DNA of 49,185 nucleotides from an uncultured Candidatus Saccharibacteria bacterium (GTDB lineage Bacteria; Patescibacteriota; Minisyncoccia; Phycocordibacterales; Phycocordibacteraceae): NCBI GenBank assembly GCA_964391975.1, contig CAYMNZ010000001.1, positions 81,280 to 130,464 of the forward strand, read 5' to 3'. Shown piece by piece: positions 36,645 to 46,139 of this stretch (position 1 is its first letter; each line of letters starts with the position of its first letter). The notes under the pieces were generated by a model. It saw only the letters and a program-made list of their open reading frames with translations, ran no database searches and was not told where the DNA came from. The position numbers and the translations under genes were made by a program.

Positions 36645-37658
36645 TTACACACGACTTAACGAACGAACAGGCACACTAGGCATATCTACGACCAGGAGAG
36701 AATCCTGTTGCTTTAGATATTTCTTTAATGCACTAGCAACTTCTTTCGCTACGGGTACCGTGACGGCATTCCCAAACTGCTTGTACGCATGAGTAGTGGG
36801 AACAGGAAACTCAAACCATTCAGGGAAGCCTTGAAGACGGGCATACTCTCTAGGGGTAAGTTTCCGGATACCTTGTTTGTTTATCGAAACGGCTCGGTCT
36901 TGAATCAGGTTCCTCTCTCTTCCCATGTTTCCACATACGACAGTATGAGAAACACCTTTAGGGTCTAAGATATGACATCCAAACCCACTACCCTGTGCCT
37001 TGTGTCGGGCTTTGTGAGCCATCAGGCCGTCGTGATACTTCTGTGAGAGGTAGTATTTATCCTCAACTTTTTTCTCAAGGATGTCTTTAACTCGTCTCAA
37101 GCCTGGTTCCTTAGAAGCCATCGGGAAACAGAATTCCTTGTGAGGACTCTGGATACCAACTATGTAAGTTCTCTCTCGATGTTGGGGCACTCCAAAATTC
37201 TGTGAATCGAGAATCGTTTCGAATACGGTATATCCCGTTCCTGCTGTTTCTAGAGCAGACTTAATGAATTTGTACGTTTCTCCCTTGTTGTGTTTGATAA
37301 GGTTCTTAACGTTTTCAAGTACGAAAGCTCTAGGGTTCCGAACGTCTAAGAATCTAACTACTTCATTGAAAAGTTGACCTCGCGGATCGGCAAGGCCGTC
37401 CCTCTTTCCAATCATCGAAAATGGTTGACATGGAAACCCAGCAAGAAGGATATCGAAGTCTGGAAGGGTAGAGGGATCTACTTGTCGAATATCTTTTTCG
37501 TCTATCTCTCCAAAGTTTGTTCGGTAAGTGACGCATGCACTCCTGTCTACATCATTCGAGTAGACAACATCAAAACCCGCTTGAGTGAATCCCAAGCGCA
37601 TACCACCTATACCAGCAAACAAATCAATGACCCGATACTTCGGTTTAGATACAGCCAC
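36645..37658 (-). CDS. DNA (cytosine-5)-methyltransferase
   Basis: DLFAGIGG, GFPCQPFS, ENV, PQHRER, RLQGFP, YKQFGNAV. Confidence 0.96.
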   Translation of the reverse strand: MAVSKPKYRVIDLFAGIGGMRLGFTQAGFDVVYSNDVDRSACVTYRTNFGEIDEKDIRQVDPSTLPDFDILLAGFPCQPFSMIGKRDGLADPRGQLFNEVVRFLDVRNPRAFVLENVKNLIKHNKGETYKFIKSALETAGTGYTVFETILDSQNFGVPQHRERTYIVGIQSPHKEFCFPMASKEPGLRRVKDILEKKVEDKYYLSQKYHDGLMAHKARHKAQGSGFGCHILDPKGVSHTVVCGNMGRERNLIQDRAVSINKQGIRKLTPREYARLQGFPEWFEFPVPTTHAYKQFGNAVTVPVAKEVASALKKYLKQQDSLLVVDMPSVPVRSLSRV

Positions 37659-37809
37659 AAAAGTATTTTAACATCAAAGGAATGACGCAAGGCGAGTTAT
37701 CCGGATGTTCGGCTCGGCTACCTCAGGAAATACCCAATTGGCTTTCCGTATGCCTATGCAAATTGGTTTAGTTCTAGTGTGTCAACTCTCAACTCGGTTC
37801 ATGCTTACC

Positions 37810-38526
37810 CTACAGCCCCAGCGAACCCAACAATGTCGCAAGCTCATCCCCCTCGATCTTCCGCCACGCGCCTTTCTTAAGTTTCCCCAGCGTAACGTTC
37901 ATGACGGCGGTGCGCTCCAGGTCGCGTACCTCGTTGTGCATAGCAACCACCATTCGGCGAATCTGATGCTTCTTGCCCTCAGTAAGGGTGATACGGAAGA
38001 CCTTCTCGCCCATAATCTGCACCTTACAAGGTTTCGTATGGTAGCCCTCAATGTCGACACCGGCTTCCATATGTTCTTTGAAGCTTGTGCGTAGTGGGCG
38101 CACGGTACGCACAACATACTGCTTTTCGTGTTCATACTCAGGATTGAGCATGCGGTCGGTAACGCGACCATCGTTCGTGAGGATGATGAGCCCGCTTGAA
38201 TCCTTGTCGAGGCGTCCGATAGGGAAGGTGCCGGCAAGTTCCGGAATGGCCTCTGTCGCACTCTTTATATCGTCCTCGTCTTCCTGCGGAGAATGCGTAA
38301 TGACGCCACGAGGCTTGTTGTAGGCAAAGTACAGGTTTCCTAGAGCGCGCTTGGCGCCACCTTTAACCTCCACCACATCATCTTTCTCCACTTTGTCGCC
38401 AAGGACGGCCCGACGACCGTTAATGCGCACCTTTCCTTCCTTGATAAGCGCATCAGCTCCAAGGCGCGTGGCATGGCCTGTGTGGGCGAGGTACTTATTG
38501 ATGCGCATGGGAAAGGAGAGTTCCAT
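37810..38526 (-). CDS. RsuA/RluB/RluF family rRNA pseudouridine synthase
   Basis: S4 domain (RINKYLA), NKPRG, GRLDKDSSGL, EGKKHQIRRM. Confidence 0.93.
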   Translation of the reverse strand: MELSFPMRINKYLAHTGHATRLGADALIKEGKVRINGRRAVLGDKVEKDDVVEVKGGAKRALGNLYFAYNKPRGVITHSPQEDEDDIKSATEAIPELAGTFPIGRLDKDSSGLIILTNDGRVTDRMLNPEYEHEKQYVVRTVRPLRTSFKEHMEAGVDIEGYHTKPCKVQIMGEKVFRITLTEGKKHQIRRMVVAMHNEVRDLERTAVMNVTLGKLKKGAWRKIEGDELATLLGSLGL

Positions 38527-38621
38527 AGGTGCACTCTATACTAGTTTCTCTACGTACGGCACGACAATCTTGTGTATCTGCATAGAATATGTCATAATCC
38601 CATAAACCTAACCTCCTACTC

Positions 38622-39032
38622 ATGTCTGATTACTCAAAACCTCGTTTCTCAAAGCCTTCCTTCAATCGCGGAGGACAAGACCGCTTTAGCGGCCCTAAGG
38701 AGATGCACAAGGCTAACTGCAGCAAGTGTAACAACGTTTGCGAAGTGCCATTCCGCCCAAACGGCAAGAAGCCAATCTTCTGTAGCAACTGCTTCGTCAA
38801 AGACGACGCTCCTCGCACTTCCTATGGTCCAAAGCGTGACTTTGCTCCACGTCCTTCCTTCAGCTCAGCGCCTCCTCGTGATGACCGCGGCATGCAGGAT
38901 TTGAAGACGCAGATGCAGGGTGTAAACGATAAGCTTGCGCGCCTCATTCAGCTTATGGAATCTTCCCAAGCCCCTGTTGCTGAGAAGACCTCACTCAAGA
39001 AGGTTCTCAAAAAGGTAACCAAGAAGAAGTAA
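38622..39032 (+). CDS. CxxC-x17-CxxC domain protein
   Basis: MHKANCSKC..CEVPFRP..KPIFCSNCF and a C-terminal coiled coil. Confidence 0.88.
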   Translation: MSDYSKPRFSKPSFNRGGQDRFSGPKEMHKANCSKCNNVCEVPFRPNGKKPIFCSNCFVKDDAPRTSYGPKRDFAPRPSFSSAPPRDDRGMQDLKTQMQGVNDKLARLIQLMESSQAPVAEKTSLKKVLKKVTKKK

Positions 39033-39080
39033 CATCCTCCTTGTTGAGGACAGGGTTTCGGCAAGTAGTATAATCGCCGT

Positions 39081-39638
39081 ATGAAAGCAGTCCTCTTTGA
39101 TTTCTTCGGTGTCCTCTGGACCCCGGTCTACTCCCCAGTCATTAACGAACGTCTTCCGGAAGGGGAGCGAGCTGCTTGGATTGCTAAGCTCAACGACCTC
39201 GACATCGGTAACATTCCTAACGAGGAATATGAGCGCGCCCTTGCAGTTGCAGGAAACATGACAGAAGAAGACATGCGCGTAGCGGTGATGGAGACACCAG
39301 TGCCCAACACTGAACTCTTTGACTACATAAGAACGAACCTCGTTGGAAGCCACACCGTCGGTATTCTCTCCAACGCCCCACGCCATCTGATTGAACGCAT
39401 TTCTTCAGACAGGCTCAAGGACTTCTATCCAATCCTCATCTCCTCAGACCTGAAGATGCTGAAGCCCAACAGGGATATCTTTGAAGAAGCTGCTCGCAGA
39501 TGCGGTGTTGCTCCGGAGGAGGTGCTGTTTATTGATGACGCTGAGAAGAACGTGGCTGGTGCGAAGGCTGCGGGAATGAACGCCTTCCTCTATACGGACT
39601 TCGCTTCTTTCAAGCGAACGATGGCCCGCTATGCATAA
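39081..39638 (+). CDS. HAD family phosphatase
   Basis: FDFFGVL, LSN, KP, FIDD motifs. Confidence 0.88.
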   Translation: MKAVLFDFFGVLWTPVYSPVINERLPEGERAAWIAKLNDLDIGNIPNEEYERALAVAGNMTEEDMRVAVMETPVPNTELFDYIRTNLVGSHTVGILSNAPRHLIERISSDRLKDFYPILISSDLKMLKPNRDIFEEAARRCGVAPEEVLFIDDAEKNVAGAKAAGMNAFLYTDFASFKRTMARYA

Positions 39639-39639
39639 C

Positions 39640-40062
39640 ATGGACAAAGACATCCTCGAGTACCTCAAGAGCCAGAACGTCTGCGTGGTTGCCGTTGAAA
39701 TGCCTGACGGCTCTCCACACGGAGCCACCGTACACTTCGCGCACGCAGAGGACCCGTTCACCCTCCTCTTCCTAACCAGCAGCACCTACCGCAAGAGCGA
39801 GGCACTGAAAGCTAAAGAATCAGTGCGAGCCACGGTGGTGATAGGAAGCAACGAAGGGGACATGAAGACCTTCCAGCTCGATGGGGTAGCAAGCCTCCTC
39901 CCTAAGGGAGATACTCTCGAAGAGACCTATTTCATGAAATTTCCAAAGAAGAGGGAGAAATATGAGGGCTCTCACGACATTTTCTTCACTTTCACCCCCA
40001 CCTGGTGGCGCTTTAGTGACTGGACACAACCCTCCGGAAAGGCCATCCGGACCAGCGAATAA
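39640..40062 (+). CDS. Pyridoxamine 5'-phosphate oxidase-like (split-barrel) protein
   Basis: DGSPHGATVHF, TYRK, FQLDG; start is 39631 or 39640. Confidence 0.78.
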   Translation: MDKDILEYLKSQNVCVVAVEMPDGSPHGATVHFAHAEDPFTLLFLTSSTYRKSEALKAKESVRATVVIGSNEGDMKTFQLDGVASLLPKGDTLEETYFMKFPKKREKYEGSHDIFFTFTPTWWRFSDWTQPSGKAIRTSE

Positions 40063-40207
40063 GGCGTTGTGATATACTACCGATAGTTCTCGTCAGACCT
40101 TCGCGACCTCGGGACATTCCGCACAGTTATAGCAGCTACAGACAAGGTAGGTACCGCTTTTTTTGACACATTCAGGTTACGCCCGGTTCTAGGAATAACG
40201 ATTATTT

Positions 40208-40339
40208 ATGATTCAAATCATCCTTATCCCCGTATACGTTCTCTCGTATCTTATTGTCAGGCTGGTAAAGCTCGCTGAAACGCTCGTGTACATGCTTAAG
40301 GGCGGTAAGCACACCAAGAAATACCGAACCTGGATGTAG
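40208..40339 (+). CDS. Putative 43-aa small membrane protein
   Basis: MIQIILIPVYVLSYLIVRLVKLAETLVYMLKGGKHTKKYRTWM; hydrophobic N-terminus, basic tail; below the ORF track cutoff. Confidence 0.45.
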   Translation: MIQIILIPVYVLSYLIVRLVKLAETLVYMLKGGKHTKKYRTWM

Positions 40340-40424
40340 CTCCAGGTTCTCTTCATAAAGGGTTCACAGCGCCCCCGGTAGGATGCTGGCGGTCATTGAG
40401 CATGACTGGTAACTAACTATTGCT

Positions 40425-41120
40425 ATGAACATACGAAACACTTTCTGCCTCCTCGCACTTGCGGGAGTGGCAGTACTGCCGCTTGCGGCCAGTGCTGCAT
40501 ACGACTCCTCGGCAGGAGTGACGGGCAGCGTGAATGTGGGTGGAAGCGCGTCAGGAACCTCAGCGGGCGTAGAAGTAGGTGCAGATGCTGACAGCAGCGT
40601 ACGCAGTGACGATACTTCTACCGATGACTCAGGCACGACCAGCGGTAGCGCCGGACTGACCGGCGGACTTCGCACCAATGCGCTTGGCATTGAGGTGGTG
40701 TCCTCAGGACAGGTGCAGACTGCAGGCGATCTTGAAGTGTTTTCGGAGAACATGCGTGAGCGCGACGAGAACATCGCCAACGCTAACGCACGGGCTGCCG
40801 GAAGCGCGGACCTCACCTACTATCACAAGGGAAAGCTCTTTGGACTCTTCCCGGTGAAGGTGAAGACGCAGACGTGGGTTACGAGCGAGACTGATGGCAC
40901 CGTAAGCGTGAACACGACGCTTCCATGGTGGTCTGGCTTTGTGACCGGCACGGGCAAGGTACGAAGTGAGGTAGATGCAGCGCTCGCAAACTCAGCAAGC
41001 CTCTCTGCAGATATGCAGGCGAGCGCTGACGCAGCAGCGCGGGCACGCATCCTCGATGCAATTGCGTCGGCACACGCTAAAGTCGATACGTCGGCTACGG
41101 TTACTGCCGCAGGTGAATAG
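40425..41120 (+). CDS. Secreted Ala/Ser/Gly-rich protein
   Basis: Signal peptide; low-complexity N-terminus; KLFGLFPV...LPWW motif. Confidence 0.75.
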   Translation: MNIRNTFCLLALAGVAVLPLAASAAYDSSAGVTGSVNVGGSASGTSAGVEVGADADSSVRSDDTSTDDSGTTSGSAGLTGGLRTNALGIEVVSSGQVQTAGDLEVFSENMRERDENIANANARAAGSADLTYYHKGKLFGLFPVKVKTQTWVTSETDGTVSVNTTLPWWSGFVTGTGKVRSEVDAALANSASLSADMQASADAAARARILDAIASAHAKVDTSATVTAAGE

Positions 41121-41140
41121 ACAAAAGAGTACACAGGAAG

Positions 41141-41162
41141 ACGCCCCGTAAGGGGCGTTTTT
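41141..41162 (+). terminator. Intrinsic terminator
   Basis: ACGCCCC-GTAA-GGGGCGT followed by TTTT. Confidence 0.85.
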
Positions 41163-41178
41163 CGTGTAGGATAAGCCA

Positions 41179-41595
41179 ATGGAATTCATAGGACCAATCG
41201 AGATACAGTTCCTCACCGGACTCGCACTCTCCATTCTTATCGGACTTATCATAGGTATTGAACGCGAGAGTCGTGGCAAGGATGCAGGCATCTCCACGCA
41301 CATGATGGTTATCGCGGGCGCGATGCTCTTCACCCTTTTGTCGATGTATGTAGATCCGAACTCCACCTCCCGCATCGCTGCACAGGTGATTACCGGTATT
41401 GGTTTTCTTGGCGCAGGTCTGGTGCTTAAGGATGGGGAACATGTAAAGAACCTCACCACTGCCGCTTCGCTCTGGTACAGTGCCGCGCTTGGTATGTCCA
41501 TCGGTTTCGGTTTCTATGCCATTGCCATCATTGGCGGTATTGCGGCAGCCGTCATACCTCGGTTCCCATCCCTCCGTAAGAAGAACGGCCCCTAG
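41179..41595 (+). CDS. MgtC/SapB family membrane protein
   Basis: IGIERE, AGISTH, RIAAQVITGIGFLGAG, LTTAASLW. Confidence 0.93.
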   Translation: MEFIGPIEIQFLTGLALSILIGLIIGIERESRGKDAGISTHMMVIAGAMLFTLLSMYVDPNSTSRIAAQVITGIGFLGAGLVLKDGEHVKNLTTAASLWYSAALGMSIGFGFYAIAIIGGIAAAVIPRFPSLRKKNGP

Positions 41596-41633
41596 GTTGC
41601 CTTTACTGGGGCTAGTGGTAGGATTTTGCCCGT

Positions 41634-41960
41634 ATGAAGACCACCATCATCGCGCTAGCCCTCCTGGCCGCGCTCCTGGTTCCAACCGTTGCAGTAGCAG
41701 CCTGCAAGGGCTTTATGTGTGACTATCACCCGTACCGGTACGACAACTACGGTAATCGCTACACCCACTACGACGACAACTACCACCGTGATAGCTACTA
41801 CGACCGCTTTGACGACTTCGGTAACTACTACTACGACAAGAAGCCATCGAATAACTTCTACAACTCGAACTCCAACAACCTCTACATCGACAACGACTTC
41901 TACTCCAGCAAGAAGAAGACTTCGAAGAAGAGCTCCACCTACTATCGTTGGTACTGGTAA
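41634..41960 (+). CDS. Secreted Tyr/Asp/Asn-rich low-complexity protein
   Basis: Signal peptide followed by YDDNY/YYD-like repeats and a basic tail. Confidence 0.65.
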   Translation: MKTTIIALALLAALLVPTVAVAACKGFMCDYHPYRYDNYGNRYTHYDDNYHRDSYYDRFDDFGNYYYDKKPSNNFYNSNSNNLYIDNDFYSSKKKTSKKSSTYYRWYW

Positions 41961-41963
41961 GAC

Positions 41964-42470
41964 ATGTACCGTCTCCCTCTCGCGCTTGTTGGCCTCGTTC
42001 TCATCATCCTCGGGTTCTTCATGTATTTTGAGCAGGAAGCTCCGGACTACACGAGTGACGTATACAACTTCTCCTTCTCGTACCCTGAAGGCTACCTCGT
42101 CACGGAAGGTGAAGCGGGAACCGACCACTACGCCGTACGCCTCGTAAGAGAAGAGGATGCAGTTCCACCCGAAAACGGAGAAGGACCTACGGGCATCACC
42201 ATCGATATCTATACAAACAACGCGCTATCCCTTTCTGAATGGGTAACGACGTCGAGCCTTTCAAACTTCAGTCTCGGCAACAAGACCTCCACCCCTACAA
42301 GCGTCAGTGGCGTGTCTGCAATCAACTACCACTGGTCTGGCCTCTATGAAGGTGAGACCACGGCCGTCCTGCACAAAGAGAATGTACTAGCGGTAACCGT
42401 GATGCGCATCAACCCCGAAGACCACGCCGAAGCGTACAAGGAAGTGCTTTCTTCTTTCACGCTGAGGTAA
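41964..42470 (+). CDS. Membrane-anchored hypothetical protein (PsbP-like pattern)
   Basis: N-terminal TM helix; YNFSFSYP start and VLSSFT end. Confidence 0.65.
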   Translation: MYRLPLALVGLVLIILGFFMYFEQEAPDYTSDVYNFSFSYPEGYLVTEGEAGTDHYAVRLVREEDAVPPENGEGPTGITIDIYTNNALSLSEWVTTSSLSNFSLGNKTSTPTSVSGVSAINYHWSGLYEGETTAVLHKENVLAVTVMRINPEDHAEAYKEVLSSFTLR

Positions 42471-42500
42471 CAAAAGCGCCCCGTATGGGGCGCTTTTGTT
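42469..42500. terminator. Bidirectional terminator
   Basis: AACAAAAGCGCCCC-GTAT-GGGGCGCTTTTGTT. Confidence 0.85.
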
Positions 42501-42681
42501 AGGCGGTGCGATGGAACCGCTTTTCCATGTTCTTGTGCTCCATGCCGCCCCAGAACCCGAGGGCTGCAACCGCAACGCCGGTGATGACGAGCGTCCAGGT
42601 AACGCCGGTGCCGAGTCCCGAGGTGAACGGGAACACAATGAGCCAGAGGCCAAGAAGGCCGTTAAGCCATTGCTGCCACAT
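42499..42681 (-). CDS. SPW-repeat-like small membrane protein
   Basis: MWQQWLNGLLGLWLIVFPF; two TM helices. Confidence 0.75.
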   Translation of the reverse strand: MWQQWLNGLLGLWLIVFPFTSGLGTGVTWTLVITGVAVAALGFWGGMEHKNMEKRFHRTA

Positions 42682-42737
42682 ATGCTTCAGTTCGTTACTA
42701 GTAATCCACTGGCAAGTATAGGAAGAGGGGAGTGAAC

Positions 42738-43382
42738 TCAACGTGAACCATATTTCCTGGGGATGCGCATGTGCTTGGGGAGCGTGCGGAAGGTGATGGA
42801 GTAGCGCAGCGCTTTTAGTTTCGGGATTGAGTGCTGGTAGTTCCAGCGACTATCTTTCTGCATGAGGTAGGCACTTCGAGGTTCTATCTCAAGCGAGGTG
42901 ACTTCCTTTGGTGAGCGTGGCTTCCCGCGGAAACTTCCACGCGCGGACTCTAAAGGACGCAGCCGCATCGTCGCCCAGCTGGAAAGGGAAATGCCGATGA
43001 TGGAATCAAAGCCTTCGTTGTCGCGATGCCAACCAATTGCAGCTCCCGGCTCGTATTCACTGATGAGTGCTTCAGCGACATGGGTGGCGGGAATATCAAT
43101 CCACTTCGCTATCTTGCGCGCGATGGGGGTAAGGAAGCGGGGAAGGGCCGGCCCAGGGATGAGTACCTTAGTATCGAAGTCATAGGACCATCCGAAGTTA
43201 ACGACGCGGCGTTTTGCCTCGTATCCTTCAGCACTTTGAGAGTGCTCGAAGGGTAAATCAAGGAACCAGGACAGCAGTTCAGCCTCCTCTGTCTTGGTGA
43301 GGAAGTTGGGACGGTACACGAAACCGCTCGGGAGGCTGGTACCGGTATCAAAAAGCTTTGCTTGGCTGGCGGCTCGTGGCAT
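42738..43382 (-). CDS. AlkB family 2OG-Fe(II) dioxygenase
   Basis: YEPGAAIGWHRD (HxD), YQHSI, RYSITFR. Confidence 0.92.
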   Translation of the reverse strand: MPRAASQAKLFDTGTSLPSGFVYRPNFLTKTEEAELLSWFLDLPFEHSQSAEGYEAKRRVVNFGWSYDFDTKVLIPGPALPRFLTPIARKIAKWIDIPATHVAEALISEYEPGAAIGWHRDNEGFDSIIGISLSSWATMRLRPLESARGSFRGKPRSPKEVTSLEIEPRSAYLMQKDSRWNYQHSIPKLKALRYSITFRTLPKHMRIPRKYGSR

Positions 43383-43470
43383 GGGGAAGCCATTTTACCC
43401 TATCCACCTCGGGTATTGCTCGCTTTCCTGTGGGGTCTAGAATAGAGACATACCCCGTAACCGTATATCT

Positions 43471-43899
43471 ATGCAGAATGTACTCGACTGTAGCTGTGTC
43501 TCCCGTTGGAATGGCATCGCGCCTCTTATCCTCCGTGTCTCCGTAGGTCTTATCTTCGCCATGCACGGTTGGCAGAAGCTCCAGGGTGGCCTTGGCCAGA
43601 CCGCAGGCTTCCTCGACTCGCTCAACTTCCCAGCACCGGAAGTGTTTGCGTTCCTTCTTATCGCAGCAGAACTCGCCGGAGGCATCATGCTTATCCTCGG
43701 ACTCTTTACGCACTGGGTCTCAAAGGTTCTTGCTGTGGTTGCAGTCATCGCGCTCGCAACGGTGCACGCAAGTAAGGGCTTCTTCGTCTCTTCTGGAGGC
43801 TACGAGTTCATTCTCCTTATTCTTGCCGTTACGGTCGCCCTCATCTTCCTCGGTCCTGGCAAGTTCTCACTTGACGGCGCACTGAAGAAGAAAGCATGA
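43471..43899 (+). CDS. DoxX family membrane protein
   Basis: LRVSVGLIFAMHGWQKL, ELAGG, GGYEF, GPGKFSLD. Confidence 0.92.
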   Translation: MQNVLDCSCVSRWNGIAPLILRVSVGLIFAMHGWQKLQGGLGQTAGFLDSLNFPAPEVFAFLLIAAELAGGIMLILGLFTHWVSKVLAVVAVIALATVHASKGFFVSSGGYEFILLILAVTVALIFLGPGKFSLDGALKKKA

Positions 43900-44660
43900 C
43901 CGAAAAGGTCGCTGGTAGCATCGCTGTACTTGCCGTCATTTTGGTTGGCGGGTACGTCGTGTACCAAGGCCTACGCGACACGCCGAAAACTCCTGAGGTA
44001 GTAGAAGAGGTAACGTCTTCCGACGTTACCTTTGCGTTTGACCCTGCTGGTGCGGACGAGTCTGGTGCACCAAAGACTACGGTCTCGGTAGTGTGGGGCG
44101 GCAAGAGCTACGACGCAGGAACTTACCAAGGCAACTGCTTCTCCATAGCAGAGTCTGCATGGGAGCTCGCACCAGGAGAAGAAACGGGTGCCATCTGCTG
44201 GTGGGCGGGAAGTGGTACAGAGATTGGTGTCTTCCTCGAAGGCAACGACCTTGCGGTGAAGCGCGGGTTCATCGAAGAGGGAAGCGCCGAAGTGGAAGGC
44301 TCACGCGGGAGCTTCACCACACTCTTCCTTCTCAAACAGGACAAGGACAGTGTTGTGTTCAAGACGCGTCTCAACCAACAAGGAGGAGGGCTCGGCGTTC
44401 TCATCACCCCACTTACAATTCTTGAAGACAGTCGCTGCCCGACAGACGTGCAGTGCATCCAGGCAGGGACCGTTCGGGTGAATGCGCGCGTTCGTAGTGG
44501 TGGGCTGGACCGGGAAGCAATCTTCACGCTCGGAATTGTCGAGACGGGAGAGAAGGAAACCATCACGCTCGTTGCAGTAGAGCCAGCAAAAGTGTCTACC
44601 GACGGCCTAGAACCTAGTGACTACCGCCTTACCTTCGGCATAGAGAAGCGGGGCGAGTAG
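43896..44660 (+). CDS. Membrane-anchored hypothetical protein
   Basis: N-terminal TM helix; EDSRCPTDVQCIQAG motif. Confidence 0.75.
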   Translation: MTEKVAGSIAVLAVILVGGYVVYQGLRDTPKTPEVVEEVTSSDVTFAFDPAGADESGAPKTTVSVVWGGKSYDAGTYQGNCFSIAESAWELAPGEETGAICWWAGSGTEIGVFLEGNDLAVKRGFIEEGSAEVEGSRGSFTTLFLLKQDKDSVVFKTRLNQQGGGLGVLITPLTILEDSRCPTDVQCIQAGTVRVNARVRSGGLDREAIFTLGIVETGEKETITLVAVEPAKVSTDGLEPSDYRLTFGIEKRGE

Positions 44661-44699
44661 GTTCATGAAAAGTTAAGGTAGGCGTGCCATACTTGCCCA

Positions 44700-45503
44700 A
44701 TGGATTTCAAAAACCCCGCCACCCTCTCTATCCTCCTTCTCGTTGCGGTAGGAGGAGCAGTGCTGTTTGCCGCTGCCTACTATGGGCAGTTTTATGGACG
44801 CGACGGTTCGCCCTTTACTGATGATTCTGCAAAGCCAGTAGAAGTGGTGACTGAGTTCAGTACGCACCTGAAGCAGGTGTCGCTCATGGCGCCCCCTGAC
44901 GTTGTTGCCAAAGCAATGGACGAAGAGTACGCAGCGTTTGTCCTTCCAGAAACGCTTGAGGCGTGGAAGCAGAATCCACAGAGCGCCCCCGGCCGCCTGA
45001 CCTCGAGCCCGTGGCCCGACCATATTGAAATCTCAACCAGCACACCGACAGAAACGGGGTACAGAGTTGATGGCGTTATTGTCGAGCTTACAAACGATAC
45101 CGCTGCCAATGGTGGCAGGACCTCAAGCTATGCCGTAACGGTACTTCTAGAGAAGCGTGCAGGTGAGTGGAAGATTTCTTCCTTTGAGCGTACGGCAGGG
45201 GTCCTCCCTCCGACGAGTATGCCAGCGACCCCACACCTGGGGACCTATGTGTGTCTTCCACACAAGGACCAGAGTGGTCCGCAGACCATGGAGTGTGCGT
45301 TCGGGATTCGCATTGATAACGGAACTCACTACGCGCTTGATTTCAGCACCTTTGCAAGCGATACCGGCATGACCATTGCCACTGGAGAGCGCATACGTGT
45401 TGATGGCCCTCTTACGCCGCTCTCAAGTATTCCTGCAAACGATCGTTTGCGCATCTATGATGTTGAAGGGGTGATACGCGTAACGGGACTTTCGCGCCTC
45501 TAG
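44700..45503 (+). CDS. Membrane-anchored hypothetical protein
   Basis: N-terminal TM helix; APGRLTSSPWPD and CLPHKD..TMECAFG domains. Confidence 0.75.
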   Translation: MDFKNPATLSILLLVAVGGAVLFAAAYYGQFYGRDGSPFTDDSAKPVEVVTEFSTHLKQVSLMAPPDVVAKAMDEEYAAFVLPETLEAWKQNPQSAPGRLTSSPWPDHIEISTSTPTETGYRVDGVIVELTNDTAANGGRTSSYAVTVLLEKRAGEWKISSFERTAGVLPPTSMPATPHLGTYVCLPHKDQSGPQTMECAFGIRIDNGTHYALDFSTFASDTGMTIATGERIRVDGPLTPLSSIPANDRLRIYDVEGVIRVTGLSRL

Positions 45504-45581
45504 CTCACGGTATTTTCATTGGCAGTACGCGATAGTGGCTCTATGCCGCGAGGCATTCTCTACCACTAATCTCCGCTCCGT

Positions 45582-45740
45582 ATGCTCGTCACTATCGCCG
45601 TATTGCTTCTCATCCTGTGGTTTCTTGGTGTTATTGGAACGTACACCATCGGGTGGTTCGTGCACCTTCTCTTGGTGCTCGCCATCATCATGTTCCTCAT
45701 CCGCATCATTCGCGGGCAGAACCCAATAAAAGACTTATGA
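45582..45740 (+). CDS. lmo0937-like small membrane protein
   Basis: MLVTIAVLLLILWFLG...GWFVHLLLVLAII...RIIRG; 52 aa, below the ORF track cutoff. Confidence 0.85.
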   Translation: MLVTIAVLLLILWFLGVIGTYTIGWFVHLLLVLAIIMFLIRIIRGQNPIKDL

Positions 45741-45940
45741 AGCGTGCTGCTGACTTCACCATCATAGGGGTTCATGGTAATGAACTCGTGCTGGTGCCGC
45801 TCAAGCAGCATCTACCTCCGCTCTTCAGGCAGGGGAGCCCACACCCAGACCTTTCAGAGGCTGAACAGAGGGTGTGCGTGTAAGTAGGGCACTCCACAGC
45901 AACCGCTTCCCCAGGAAGCGGTTCTTGCTATACTCTCTCC

Positions 45941-46138
45941 ATGAGAAATCGCAAAACGTACTACCAGGTCACCTCTCTCGTTTTTCTTATTGTCGCAGTG
46001 CTCCATGCAATGCGCATCCTCTACAGCTGGGATGCGGTCATTGCCGGAGTCACGGTGCCGCTGTGGGCAAGCTGGGCAGCAGTCCTGATTGCAGGCTATC
46101 TATCGTACCGAGGCTTCACGTGGAAGCAGCTTAAATAA
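45941..46138 (+). CDS. Small two-TM membrane protein
   Basis: IVAVLHAMRI, VPLWASW; extended -10 box 6 nt upstream. Confidence 0.75.
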   Translation: MRNRKTYYQVTSLVFLIVAVLHAMRILYSWDAVIAGVTVPLWASWAAVLIAGYLSYRGFTWKQLK

Positions 46139-46139
46139 G

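Larger units (their letters stand above)
29316..37700. mobile_element. Genomic (defence) island at the tRNA-Gln 3' end; no integrase present
   Basis: Starts at a tRNA; visibly AT-richer; internal att-like repeats; defence-type cargo; right boundary approximate. Confidence 0.7.

Noticed and set aside
37660-37810. Right-hand att repeat closing the ATPase/methylase unit
   Set aside because: No convincing copy of the motif plus CAGCC found; the boundary remains undefined.
45737-45883. 48-aa ORF coupled by ATGA to the lmo0937-like gene
   Set aside because: The coupling is plausible, but no recognisable features support it.
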